A stretch of 64,000 nucleotides of DNA, from assembly GCA_964252035.1 (NCBI GenBank), contig OZ176204.1. One strand, 5' to 3'. Every line of letters starts with the position of its first letter. Position 1 is the stretch's first letter. This document shows positions 37,414 through 50,166 of this stretch, piece after piece. The position numbers were made by a program, and so were the translations under genes. This DNA comes from Podarcis erhardii. Its lineage: Eukaryota. The notes under the pieces were generated by a model. It ran no database searches. It saw only the letters and a program-made list of their open reading frames with translations, and was not told the DNA's origin.

Positions 37414-38747
37414 CAAAACATAAATGGCGACATAAGAAAATTGTCATCCCTGTGCCCTTATTAGTAAACCTATGAATCACTAAAGGGAAATTATGTACTG
37501 ATCCATTTAGAAGTGGAAGCTGTAACTATTTCCTTTCCTACACCTAGTATTTTTGGTACAGTCTGTCACCACTGTAGGTCAACCATGACTAATTAACAAC
37601 TGTTGGGATTTTAGATCTGAAGAGGTAGCATTCATTAAGCTTCACTCAGTGGTTTAAAAATAGTAAAACGTAGCTCTCGGCTATTAAGATTAACTAAAAG
37701 GGGAGAGGAAAAACAAACATGGTATTAGACAATCAGCAAGATACCCAAACTTATCCCTTTGGTCATCTATTGTCTATTTGGTCCCCCTAACATTTCCTAT
37801 CATGTCCATGCATTCTGTGGTTGCTATGCATTCTTCATAGCCATGGCTTTGTCAACTCTACAAAGCAAGTTTTTAAAAACTTGCACATATGTTTCCATTT
37901 AGGAAACTTTTTCGGTCCTTTTGGAAAACTTACAAAAGTCCAGCCAGTAGATGGCAGGCCGACAAAGCCTGATAAGATCATCCAAAACAATTTTCCTTTA
38001 ATCGAAGAGGCAAAACAATAATTTCATTCAGAATTTTCTCATTTTAAAAGTTAATAAACATTTCTGTATTTTAACTACTGCAGCAGGAACAGTTTAAAGT
38101 GCTACAGATATAAAAATATATATGATTAGACCCTAAATGGCCCAAGCCAGACAATTCCATTCTTGCCAAAATGTTCTGTTTTGCAGAAGTGAATAAAACA
38201 GGACATAATAAAGTGCAGATAATTTCCTTTATAATAATATTCTGCTTGTCTAATAATATTCAGCTTAGCCAAGTCACATAAGTCATTATTATTGCCACCA
38301 GTATAGTCTTTACAGGAAAAAGCAGGTACTAATAAATTGTATTCTGTCTTAACCTGCTTTCTGATTATTCTTCCAGGGGTTATATATACTGTATATGGAA
38401 CTATAATACACCAACTTTACAATTATATTGAACATGTGTAACATGACTATGTCGTAATGCTTAACAGCTCAGGAAGTGGTGAAGAAATGGTTCTATTTAA
38501 ATAGAGCTCTTTCGGTTCTAATAATCTGTAATATAACTTTAAGTGTCAGTTTCTGAAGAGAGCAAGCTAAAGATTCTTATGGTGAATTCAGATATTTGTT
38601 GAAGTGCTGGTAAGTTACCTCCCTCGCAAGGCTGTTGTAAGTATGTTGAGTGCTGTGAATACTTTGAATGTGCTACAGAAATACAAAGGCTGAAATCCTA
38701 TACAGTACCAAGGGAAAAGCCACATGGAACTCGATTACTTATTTGCT

Positions 38748-38900
38748 TTATTTATAATTATTGCATTTAAATCCCACTATTCCTCCAAGAAGCTCAAGGT
38801 GGTGTATATTGTTCTCCTCTTCCCCATTTTATCCTCACAACAACCCTGTGAGGTGGGTTAGGCTGAGAGTGAATGACTGCCCCAAGGTGTACCCAATGCA
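38748..38900 (-). mobile_element. MIR-like SINE fragment
   Basis: CCCATTTTATCCTCACAACAACCCTGTGAGGTGGGTTAGGCTGAGAG. Confidence 0.75.
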
Positions 38901-39065
38901 ACACTAAGTAAGCGTCTCATTGCCACAAAGATTTCCACTTGTGCTACAGGACTTTGCACCCTCTCCTCTCCTCGTGTGCATCCCCAGTTGTGTCCCTCCT
39001 CAAATCTGCTCCAGAGCATTAGGGGAAACCCAGGACAGATTTAGGGGGCATGTAGGGGGAGGACA

Positions 39066-39420
39066 GGACGCGGGTGGCGCTGTGGGTTAAACCACAGAAC
39101 CTAGGACTTGCCGATCAGAAGGCTGGCGGTTCGAATCCCCGTGATGGGGTGAGCTCTCATTGCTCGGTCCCTGCTCCTGCCAACCTAGCAGTTCAAAAGC
39201 ATGTCAAAGTGCAAGTAGATAAATAGGTACCGCTCCGGCGGGAAGGTAAACGGCATTTCCGTGTGCTGCTCTGGTTCGCCAGAAGCGGCTTAGTCATGCT
39301 GGCCACATGACCCGGAAGCTGTACACCGGCTCCCTCGGCCAATAAAGCGAGATGAGTGCCGCAACCCCAGAGTCAGCCACGACTGGACCTAATGGTCAGG
39401 GGTCTCCTTTACCTTTACCT
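39066..39420 (+). mobile_element. Sauria SINE (lacertid type), full length, nested in an older MITE
   Basis: GGACGCGGGTGGCGCTGTGGGTTAAACC head with B box GGTTCGAATCC and (TTTACC)n tail. TSD TAGGGGGAGGACAGG at 39053-39067 and 39420-39434, overlapping the element ends by 1-2 bases. Confidence 0.92.
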
Positions 39421-39879
39421 AGGGGGAGGACAGGGAGCAAAGCCCCATAGCACTAATGGAAACTCTTGAGCTGCTGGAGCATAGACCTAGCACTCCATTG
39501 CATACAAGCCAGTGCCTCTTACTTCTGCACAGACATGTAGAGGATTGTACTACAAGTGTTATTTCTCCATCTTTCTCCATTAACAGAGTTGCCTATGTGG
39601 GTCCAGGGGTAGATGGCAAGTCATTCAAATAACTAGCAGTCCTATCTCTTCTCCCCAAATCCACTCATGGCAGTTTACCATGGAAGGCTGACTGAGGAAG
39701 GAGGGGGATCCTGCCTTTCCCCTATACCAACATCAGCTGTGAGAGGAGAAACAGAACCAGAGATAAGGAGCAGGGCAGAAAAGCAGCCCTTCCTCTTTTG
39801 GTATGGACAGTTCCCCTCAAAGTTCTGATCAGGCAGGAGCTGGGCTGTCTTCCCATTGAACATGAAGCCCATATATTAG

Positions 39880-40080
39880 AGTCTAATCTATGAGCTGGGA
39901 TGTGCACAGTTCAAACCTCTGCTCTCAGTCATGAACTCAGTGGACAAAGCTAGTAAGCCACTATTTTATCAGCCCTAGCCACAACCCCCAGCCTGCAAAA
40001 TGGGCATAATAAAGGCCTCCTGCGCAAGGTTATTGCAAATATCACTGAGACAATGTAAGTGAACACTTGAAATGTGTTAC
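39880..40080 (+). mobile_element. Old MIR-like SINE
   Basis: CAGTTCAAACCTC...CATGAACTCAGTGG...CTGCAAAATGGGCATAATA core-like segment. Confidence 0.55.
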
Positions 40081-41729
40081 AATCTTCACACCCACTTCCC
40101 TGGCAGAAAGGTCCGTTGAATTAAATGAGTCTGAGCTTCTGAGCAGACATAGAGAATTGCACTGTTATCATCCCATCTTGCTCCACCTACAGAGCTGATT
40201 CATTACTGGCTTGGATCAGGAGCAGATGAAACATACACTTGGTTGGCAGCACAGATGGAAGTAGCTTGGATGACCAGTTACAGAAGAATACAGGCCAGAG
40301 CGCAAGCACAGTATGCTTACACCTGCACTTACACGAGTGCTAAAGATAGCAGAGCCCTGCTCTCCTTTGCTTCTGCTCACCCTAGAAGTGTCTGGGAAAA
40401 CGGTATGTGCTTCAGTTACTTAACTTCAGTGCTCTGGTGTAGACTGTGGCAAAGGTCAGTTTGACCCATGGGTCGCTGGTGAAGTGCAAAAGCACCCTAA
40501 GACCAATTGTGTGAGAAATTTGAGGGTTTCTTCATAGTAGATTCCTACTAGAACAATATAAAAACAGTGCTGGGTTTTCTTTCTCACACTGTATAAAGGT
40601 CATATTTCATAGCTTATGGCCTCACAGCCATGAAATTACAGCCCTCTCATTACAGCTTCAAGGAATTCCAGCTATAATGGCTACCTATCAATCTGTGGTT
40701 TGGGATACAAAAGAAACACAGCATTGTGGGCAAAACCACCATTAGCTGGAATGTTCCTTGGAAGTGACGAGTCTCCAGAAAAACTTCTTGCTCCTGCACT
40801 GATGGAAATATAGAGGCTTGGTCCTTAAACTGCTTCACCCAAGCAAGAGCTATTCATTTCAGAAAGACCTGTGCCAAGGGAGCATTTGAGTATAGGGCAG
40901 ATAGTTAAGAGGCATTAATCTTTTCTGGTCAACAGTGAGAATTGTGCTACAGCCATTTTATACATGTGAATTTAAGCAGCCCATGTATAGGCAGGGCAAG
41001 AATTTAAGGAAATGTACACTTTATGTTTTCTTCCAATATTGCATGTACACTAAAGAAAATTAAAGCTTACTCTTCTTGTAATAATAATTTGCAATAAATT
41101 TGTATCACTGCAAAATTGCATGGTAGCAATCAGTTACTGAAATCAAGAAAATGTACGTCCTACTAAATGTCTTTAAGGCTGCAACCGAACACTTCTAGCA
41201 CATACAAAATAATATCTACTTCTCTGAGAAAGACTTGGGGAACTGCCTTTCACCCCTTTCATCCCTCTTTAAAGATGTTATACGTGCTTCAATTCTTAGG
41301 AGAAAAATGTTGTGTTACTAAACCAAGGTTGCATCTGTAGTACGTTACAGTGTACTGACCCAGGATATCATACCAGTGCTGCTCCCTTCATTGAAGTAGT
41401 ACAATGCAGTACAATGCAAAGCCACTGATGAGCACATTACTGTGACAGGAGAGAAAGGCAGTTTTATGGAAAACTGAACCTGTGGCATTCATCTGTTAGT
41501 ACTATATGGCTGAGCATGTGGAGGTCTATCAGTGATATGCAATTCTAGAAAAGGCTAACTTCCTTGATCCATTTCTACCTGGACACAGCTCAGGGGTTGT
41601 GATGAAACTACTTCAGTTTTGTTTAGGAACAGTCAGGAGAAGTTAGCCTTTGATAGCTGGAATCACTGCTTTATTTCTATTCCCAAACGACAGGGCTTTT
41701 TCAGCAGTGTTGAGTAATTTCTGTTTTGC

Positions 41730-41886
41730 TGCATAAGAAGCTGCCTCGCTCAATATTGCCTGCACTGCATGGCAGCATCTCTCCGGCTTTCAGAAAGGAG
41801 GCAGTTCCAGCTCTACCTAGAGATTTGAACCTGGGATCTTTTGCATGCAAAGCAGAGGCTCTGCCCCTGAGCTGTGGCCCTTTCCC
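41730..41886 (-). mobile_element. tRNA(Ala-like)-derived SINE
   Basis: TTGAACCTGGGATCTTTTGCATGCAAAGCAGAGGCTCTGCCCCTGAGCT, the reverse complement of the family head at 11754. Confidence 0.7.
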
Positions 41887-42751
41887 AGAAGCAATTAACC
41901 TATTCTGTAAAGGTCCATCCATAGCATTTGATATTCACATGAAACACTTAAGCAAAATCACACACTGATGGCATTATACAGGTTCTGTTCTTAACCACGC
42001 CAGTATAGCTGGAATACAAGGCCACCACCCACCTTCCGGATGGAGCAAGGCACTGGAATCATATTATACTGATTCTTGCTCAGCTACTCTGGTTGCCAGT
42101 TTGCTTCCAAACATGAGCCAATGTACTTGTTGTGACCTATGAATCCCTAAGGAGTTTGAAGAGGCCAAATGACATATATGCAGTTCTTGGCAGGGTGGAG
42201 TGTATGTCACATACGGTGCAGCCACAGAGTTTGCAATCTGAAGTTGAAGACAGGCATATAGGACTTCCACTTTCTTCCATTTTCCCCCAATGAAAACTAT
42301 TCCCTAAGTGGCTTTTATCACCACTGGGGAAAAGATATCCCCACTTTGGACATCCACTTCAAACTAAGTATTGTCACAGTATTTGGTAAATGTCCCTGTA
42401 CTTTATATACTGTGCAGTTCCACCCTTAGGGGGTGCTTTTCCTGCATAACTCCCCCTCTTTTTAGAGATTTATAAATTGGATTCTCCTGGGCTTGATCAT
42501 TTGGAGTGGGGTCATACCCCCCAAAGGGTTGCCGCAGCACTTGAAGTTTTGTCTGCAGGGATACCAGGGAGGCCACCACGTTATGAAGCTTCAAGCGCAA
42601 GATTAAACATATTTTATTTTGTCAACCTTCTCAGATCCTGGGTCAGGATTGTTATGCCTGTTGTTATTTGATACACCAATCCTGTGCATGGTTGTATCAG
42701 TCTTTACATGTATATATATATATATATAAGTACATTCAGCATTGTAGTCTT

Positions 42752-42893
42752 CATGGGCGTAGCCAAGGGGAGGCAGGGAGGGGCAGCTGACCCCTCAATC
42801 AATAAAAATCAGTAAAAAAAATACATAGCTAGCTGAGGTTCTTCCCCCCAACAAAAGACCAGCCCCCCAACAAAAATCCTGGCTACGCTCATA
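42752..42893. mobile_element. hAT (Tip100-like) MITE
   Basis: TIRs CATGGGCGTAGCCA / TGGCTACGCTCATA; flanks GTAGTCTT / ATAGTTTT (6/8, a possible decayed TSD). Confidence 0.65.
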
Positions 42894-43134
42894 ATAGTTT
42901 TTATCTGTTTAATTTTTTCTCATGTGTTATACTGTTACCTTATGCTTTATTTTTGTACAGTTTTGGGGGGGAAAGTAAGCAATTATCATTTATATTTTAA
43001 TAGTTCTGTAAGCTGCTTTGAGTGCTATTTTAGGCAGAATCGCAGCAGAGAAAGTTATACTCCTCACTCACCTTCCTCAACTTAACCTATTTTTAAGACT
43101 GTTTTGAGAAGGAAAAACTGGGTGATTCCATGTA

Positions 43135-43376
43135 CAGTGGTACGTTGGGTTAAGTACTTAATTCGTTCTGGAGGTCTGTACTCAACCTGAAACTGTTCTT
43201 AACCTGAAGCACCACTTTAGCTAATGGGGCCTCCCGCTGCCGCCACGCTGTCGGAGCACGATTTCTGTTCTTATCCTGAAGCAAAGTTCTTAACCTGAAA
43301 CACTATTTCTGGGTTAGCGGAGTCTGTAACCTGAAGCGTATGTAACCTGAAGCGTATGTAACCTGAGGTACCACTG
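43135..43376. mobile_element. Tc1/mariner MITE inserted in a MIR-like SINE
   Basis: TA-CAGTGGTAC...GTACCACTG-TA; same family as 50969-51183 in opposite orientation; internal TGTAACCTGAAGCGTA duplication. Confidence 0.88.
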
Positions 43377-43589
43377 TACTCAACAGAGAATGGCTGAAAT
43401 GCAAATGTAAAAAGTGAAAATAAGTAATAGATTTTTTTTAAAAGTAACATTTCTGGTGCCAGAGGAGTTATTTTTACTGTTTCAACAAGTGAAAAGGACT
43501 GCTAGCCCCATGAGAGTTTCCCTTCTCATCAATGTGCATTGCTCCTTGCAGAACTAGTACCACAATGACACAGGGCTGAATCCAGACAT

Positions 43590-44375
43590 GTCCTTCCATT
43601 CACAATATGGATCAGGAGAGGAGGCAGCTGAGGTGTTAGGCAAGTGTTTGGAGGCAGTGATGGGCTGGATGTGGGCCAAGAAACTGAATCCTGAAAAGAC
43701 AGGTGTGTTATGTGTACCAAGTTATCAAATGTGGGAAGAGAGTGTTTTCTGGATAGTGGTTACATTCCCCTGAAAGGAGCAGGGGTTCAGGAGGCCTTGG
43801 TAGTTAAGGGTGCCTATTTCCAGCTATGGCTGGTTCACCAGCTATGATTCCTTTTAGGCAGAGATGACTTAACCATGGTGTTCCACGCTCTAGTTAAACT
43901 TCCAGATTGGATTATTGCAATCCTGTGTACACGACAGTGGCGTAGCGTGGGTTGTCAGCACCCGGGGCAAGGCAAGTAATTTGCGCCCCCTAACCCGTGG
44001 ATTTGCGCCCCCTAACCCGTGGATTTGCCCTAACCCCAGATGTTGCGCCCGGTGCGGCCGGCCCCCCCTGCACCCCCCACGCTACGCCACTGGTACACGA
44101 GGCTGACCTTGACTCAGAACTTGAACTGGTCTAAAATGCAATGGCCAAATTGCTAGCTAGGGTTGCCTTTAGAATTCACATAACCCATTTTAAAGCAGCT
44201 GCACCAGATACCTGTATGTTTCTGGGCCCAATTTAAGGTGCTCATGCAACCGTTTAAAGCCCTAAAAGACTAAGGCCCCAGATAGCTGCAAAGGCCACCG
44301 CCTCCATAGAGACCCTGCTTAGTGTTAAGATTTGTATTGGGGGCCCTCTTAGTAGTTCCACCTCTCTCAGAAGTT
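43590..44375 (+). mobile_element. L2 LINE ORF2 3' fragment (frameshifted), interrupted by an hAT MITE
   Basis: Translates to EVLGKCLEAVMGWMWAKKLNPEKT, then SRLDYCN (43901-43921) and LELV*NAMAKLL, all typical L2 ORF2 C-terminal motifs. Confidence 0.85.
43935..44092. mobile_element. Young hAT (Tip100-like) MITE
   Basis: Perfect 17-bp TIRs CAGTGGCGTAGCGTGGG / CCCACGCTACGCCACTG; perfect 8-bp TSD GTACACGA at 43927-43934 and 44093-44100; CpGs retained. Confidence 0.92.
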
Positions 44376-44929
44376 TTGAGGTAGTGCGATATGTGGGATA
44401 TTTACAATGCAGTCAAACCAATGATGTATGTTTGCTAGACAGGCACATGATAGGGGCTGAAGCTCGAAGAGTTTTCCTGTAAGTTTACTAGAGAGAACTC
44501 TGAGAGCCATTGTGCCCTGTTCTCACCTCATTCCAGCAACATGAGAACATATGCTGAGCCTGAGGCCCAGGTCAGACTCTATTTTAAACTGGACTAAAGT
44601 ATGTTGTCGTAACTGGATTCCCATTTTAAGCCTGCCTGAACAAAGCTGCTGCGTCTGTTACTCTTCAACAAGTATTCTGAGTGAGTAAATGCCATTTTTA
44701 CCATTTACAAGATTGTTTATGTGGTTATTGTTTTCAGGGGGGGGAATACCAGGAGAATCCAGTCTGCCTTAAAACATCCTGAATGACTTAAACTAAAAGG
44801 TTAAAACTAGCCTTTCTAAGCTTCCCTTCTAAGCTGCAAAGGAATGCACTCTGCTAAACTCACAAACATGAGGAAGGAAGGATAATATCTAATAAATATA
44901 TCCTCCCCTAGCATCTATACACATCCCTA

Positions 44930-45215
44930 CAGCCACCAGAGAAGGCATTCTCTGTGGTAGCCCCTAAGTTGTGGAATTCCCTCCACACAGGTGTGTGTCT
45001 GGCAAATTCACAAAATAATTTTTGGTGATACTGAAAATGCCCCTTTTACCCTGGGCCTTTGACACCTGAGATGTGTGTTTTCAGAACTAACCCGTTTCCT
45101 GTGACTGTAATCCATTTTAAATGTTTTTAATTCTGATTTTAATTTGCTGAAAACCACCCTGGGATCTGCTAGTGATAGGTGGGTAATATTAATAGTACAA
45201 CAAATACAACAAGCA
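44930..45215 (+). mobile_element. L2 LINE 3' end
   Basis: EKAFSVVAPKLWNSL is encoded from 44939, followed by a T-rich 3' UTR and an (AAC/AAT)-rich tail. Confidence 0.8.
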
Positions 45216-48200
45216 AACCAATGCACCATTGGGAATAAGCTTTGTGGAATATAGTCCGACTCAGTTGTGAGCAAATACTGTAATAATAATAATAATACTG
45301 GACAGGCTGTAAGGCTTTTCTAAATAATATAGAGATCAATGTTTAAAATTTAACATTCTAAAGTTAACAAAAAAGTTTCTATCGCATTGCAGTTTCTCTT
45401 GAAATTTCCAAATAATTCTGACATAGTGAGCATATTCTGCTAGTAATATTTGAATGCAATACATTAATTTTCTTTCATCATTGAGCTGTCTCTAGAAGCA
45501 GACCATAAAACTACCTCACTAGCAAACAAGCCTAGAGCAAACATTTACAGTATTTCCCATACTCATTTTAATTTTTGATACACAAAGAGATCAGATCTTT
45601 ATTTTTTGTTATGCCTGACAGAACTCTATGTCTGCTGGGGAAGTGTGTGTGTGTGTGATTTTTGGCTTTCTCTGTCCCTGGTGAGCACTGCTGCCACATT
45701 TTAACTTGAACTCATGGTCACCTGATACTTGACCTCTCACCCTGTGACCTCATTTCCAATAGGGCTTTAAGCTGGGGGATTCAAGACTGTGGCACAAAGA
45801 CAGTTACTTAAGGAAAGCAGGCCACTGTTTCAGTCAATGTCCTCTTATATCCCTGACACTTTTCACTAAAATATTTAACCTTCAACACTAGAGGAGATGA
45901 CATTACTTTTATTTTTCTTGGTTTTGAGAGTATGACCTTTTCTGTCATGATTCTTTACTCACTTCTCATCCACCACTGAAGAAGAATCTGTAAAGGTATA
46001 CCCCAAAACAGAAGGAAGCATTTAGTGAACGATTAAAATTAGGGAAACTTAGGAAGATATTTTGCGGTGTTAATCATAGTGTATCTAAAAGGGCTTTGGG
46101 TAGTCTGCCTTCTAACCCTTTCATCTTCTCCACACTTCGACTTGTATGAGATTGTAAGCCTTTGGACAGGGTTTGTTTCTCTGTTCACTTTTGCAAAATC
46201 TCAACGTGCTATTCAAAAAAAATATAGTGATTCCAGTTCTAAATCAGGGATAAAGAGCTGTTCAAAATGGCACAGATCCTGTATTGTCTCGCAGCCATTA
46301 AAAACGAAACACTATGAAATGTAAACAAAAGTAAAAATTCTCTGCAAGAAAAATAATTCACAGGTGAATGAGAGTATTTGGCCACCGTTATGCACTTAAT
46401 TGCACTTCACAATACATTTACAGCCTGCCTTACCAGTAAAGGAGTATCAAGTATCTGTGCTGCCACAAGGAAGACTCCAATTTGGGAGCAGACAAGTTGC
46501 TTCAGGGCTGGTGGAAGAGCAAAAACTGCAAAGGTAAGATGCTGGTACCAGGGGGAAACTCGACTGTTCAGTTCTGTAGTATCCCTGCAGAGTTGGAGTA
46601 TGCAGTTTTTTCCATCTCAGCACTGAATGAAGCCGTTCTGACACACTGCAAGGTAGAAGGAAGAATAAGATTAAAGCACAAAGACAGAAAACTGCTGATA
46701 GAGGGTGAGGCACACGAAAGCGACGAAAAAGGAATGGACAGGTTACCCCATTGACTTCCCCTATGCCGGCTGTATTTGCTGCGTAGACAGAAGTGCTAAC
46801 ACATGTGAATTTAACCTGATGGTGTCATATTTGTACAATGAGGAATGTCAAGGCTGAAGCCCACTTGGAAGCAGAACCGCCAAGCAGAGCTTAATTTCTG
46901 AAATAAGAAAGTGACTGAGCTCATGCTCTCTGACCTGGAAGTCCTTAACCCAAATTGCAGTTGCGGGGTGGGAGTAATACCAACGGCTGGTGGAGAGGAA
47001 AAGACGGGCACTTTGCGTATGCTGAATGCTCTCTCTTCACGTTTCACGACTGAGGTGGGGGGAAAGTTCTGGGTTCAGATTTAGCTCAGCTCCTCACCCA
47101 ATAAGCCCTGTTCCTTCATCTCAATTTGTTTTCACAAGTTACTCGTCTTAGGCTAGCCTAGTTTATGAATGATCTCAATAAAAGGTAGAAAACAAAGTAA
47201 AGTCTGTGGACAATATAGCTTTTTAATTTGATTCCCCCCTCCTCTCCCCCTACACACAGACACATATTTTAACCATCATTTTTGCAGATAGCCTCAGGTG
47301 TGTAACCAGTTGCCGTGCTGATTCAAGAATAAGAGGAAAGCAGTCTGTGTACACACTACAGCAGAGCTTTCCAAACTTTGTCATGACACGTTAATGTGTT
47401 GGCTGTAGTGTGTAAGTGTGTAGCACGAACACTCCCCATGCTCCTCCCGGGGCAGGAAAGGGGTTAGTTTAACTTCCTGTTTCCTAGTAAAACTGAGTTA
47501 TTGTGTCATGAAATGATGCCTGTCTAAATATGTGCCACCAATATGAGAAGTTTGGAAAGCTCTGTGCTTCACCTTTAAAGTATATTCTTTCCTTCAAAGA
47601 AGTGTGGATGCTGTAGTTGGTTAAGTGTTGCTGAGAACTGCTGGGTGTTGCTTGTGAGAGGTAAACTGCAGAACCCATAATTATTTGAGGGATAGAATGT
47701 GCTTTTAATGTTCTGTAAAGGTATGGTATGTACAAAGCCTACCAGTACAGACAAAAAGAAAGAAAGAAATTTAAGGGTGTGCACCACAATCAATAGATTG
47801 GGGAGAGGAGAACCACATTCAATAACTCGCAGTGTACACTTGACATAGGTATCCAGAGATGCTGTCAACAGCAACATGCTTTGAAGTGTTCAAAGCACTT
47901 CCGTATGATAATTTGGCCGGGGGGGGGGGCGGAGCTGAAACTGAGAAGCAGTCGTTTACTTGGGCAGTCTAGTGACTTAATGTTGACTGGTTCTCAGTCC
48001 CTTAGGCTGCTATGCTACATTAGGTCTCCATAGAATACAATTCAACTGCTCCCATCTCTGTCTCTCTCTAGAGACTTTTTGCATCTCTAGCTCTGATTGG
48101 TCTTTCAGAAAACAAGATGGCAATACAAGTGACTCTTCTGGAGCAGTTGTGTTTCTTTGGATCAGGGTCATACAAAGAAAACCGTACACTGGGGCTCAAT

Positions 48201-49211
48201 AACCTTATCACAATGCCTTTCGACTCTAGCAACGGTTGCGTGTATGAGCAAATGCTTTGCACTGGCTTTGGTCATGCAACCTCTTCTACATCTTTATTAA
48301 GGCTGTATTTAAAAAGAGTATTTAAAAAACTGTCTGATTTTTAACAAGAAAGGGAGGAAGGCTGAAAGTAAGGAACATGAAGGGAAGAATCTGTGTGTAC
48401 TCCTAAATGTACAGAGTTCCCAAAGCTTGTTTCATAGGGGCAAGAAGAAGAGAAGCCAATAAAGTTCAAACAAAACCTTCATGATTTAAAGTGTTTGAGG
48501 ATTTTAGTTGTGCCAGACAAACAACTAAATTCCTATGGAAATAAATAAATTTTACCAGCTTCTTCCCAGTGTCTTATCCATTAGTGGAATCCTATATTCC
48601 ACACAATGTTTCTACAACCTCTGATCATAGAATGAAATGTTCTTATTTGCTTTTAAAAATAATGATGATTGTATTTGTGTTGCTGAAACATTCAGTGGAA
48701 GCACTTCATGGGCTCTGAGATGTTGATTCCATGAGAGCTGGAACTAAATATATGTTCTACAGAGAAAAAGACTCCATACCTCTCTACCTTATTTAAGCTG
48801 CCAAGCCCACTAATTAATATGCAGAAGCTGTGAGGGCGTATGGCTAGGTTTATCCCAAAAGGATGCTGGTGAACTCATCTCCCTGCCATTTCAGAAGTAA
48901 CTCATTAGGGAAGTGGCTTTCAGGCAGGAAGGAACTAGATGAACAACAATGTGGCTTCTGTTTTGCTCTTCAGTTTTGAAGTAGGACCAACTCAGATTTA
49001 TTTTATATGATTATCTCCCTTAGATGGGGAGGATAAATGGATAGAGTAGCAGTCAGAGACATCCAAGTGCTCCCTATCCTTTTTCTCCACTATTTATTTG
49101 GCACATTCACCTGGAAGCGTCACCAAACCCTTGCAAAGCATCAGCCATAGGACTCTTGGCTGAGTCAGGAAGATCTTGGAGGTCGTTTTGCTATCCCATC
49201 CAAAAAGACAG

Positions 49212-49440
49212 AGGAGTAGCTCAGAGGAAAGAATGACCATAACTCACGCTTTTACCTGCAGAAGTCCTCAGGTTCAGTCTTCAGCACCTCCCGGTAGGGC
49301 TAGGAAAAATCCTTGCCTGAACCCTGTAGAGTCACTGGCCAGTCAGTGTACACAGGAAACTGCAGTGTGCACAGAAAACTGCCACAGTCGGGCAATTGAT
49401 CCATCTAGCTCACTGTTGTCAATTATGACTGGCAGAGGCT
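49212..49440 (+). mobile_element. tRNA(Ala-like) SINE body (+) followed by an inverted tail segment of the same family (49379-49440)
   Basis: + strand to GCCAGTCAGTGTACAC; the reverse complement of 49379-49440 reads AGCCTCTGCCAGTCA...GAGCTAGATGGATCAAT...GGCAG. Confidence 0.6.
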
Positions 49441-49477
49441 AAAACTGGCTCTTGTCCCTTCATAAGGGAACTACCTA

Positions 49478-49480
<3 letters not shown>

Positions 49481-49542
<62 letters not shown>
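49481..49542. repeat. (TA)n(CA)n compound microsatellite
   Basis: Read directly. Confidence 0.95.
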
Positions 49543-49543
<1 letters not shown>

Positions 49544-49956
49544 TACATATTTGGTTCTGTCAGGTTAGGTCAATCACTGTATTCTGTAAGCTGTTTCTCC
49601 GCCACCCACGCCACCGCCAACAAATTGTTAAAGGCATTATACATCTGATGTAAACTGTTATTGAACATATTGCATAAGGTACTTGAGTATATTGTTATGG
49701 ACCCATATCTTAAATATGTGTCCACTGCAGTTCTGTCCTGGGGGTCTTTACTGAAGATGACTACACACCACAGAGGTTATTGCATGACAATACTGCTTTG
49801 CTTACTTGGATGAAGTTCGCAAGAATTGCCCAATTATCATGGAATGATTTTATTTCTCATACAAATATTAACAATTTATGGATTAAATTTTTGATTCGTT
49901 GTTTCTTTTCTTTATTACGTTTGCCCTTTTTTGATAATGAATCAATTTTTAGAAAA

Positions 49957-50166
49957 CCAAATTCATGGAGGGCAAGGCTCTCAATGGCTACCGTGCCTGT
50001 CAGATGCACAGTGCCGCATTGCTGGGAATTGCAGGTATGCAGAGCCTTGTTGTGCTCATGTCCTGCTTACAAGCTTTCCACAGGCATCTGGATGGCCAGT
50101 GTGAGAACAGGACACAGGGACTTGATGACCCATTGGTCTGATCCAGCAAGCTTGTCTTACGTTCTT
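49957..50166 (+). mobile_element. CR1 LINE 3' fragment
   Basis: CAAATTCATGGAGGGCAAGGCTCTCAATGGCTAC ... GGCATCTGGATGGCCAGTGTGAGAACAGG ... CTGATCCAGCAAG...TTACGTTCTT; same family as 1262-1567. Confidence 0.75.

Noticed and set aside
43980-44040. CCCTAACCC units as interstitial telomeric repeat
   Set aside because: Only three isolated units, part of a 22-bp internal duplication within the hAT MITE.
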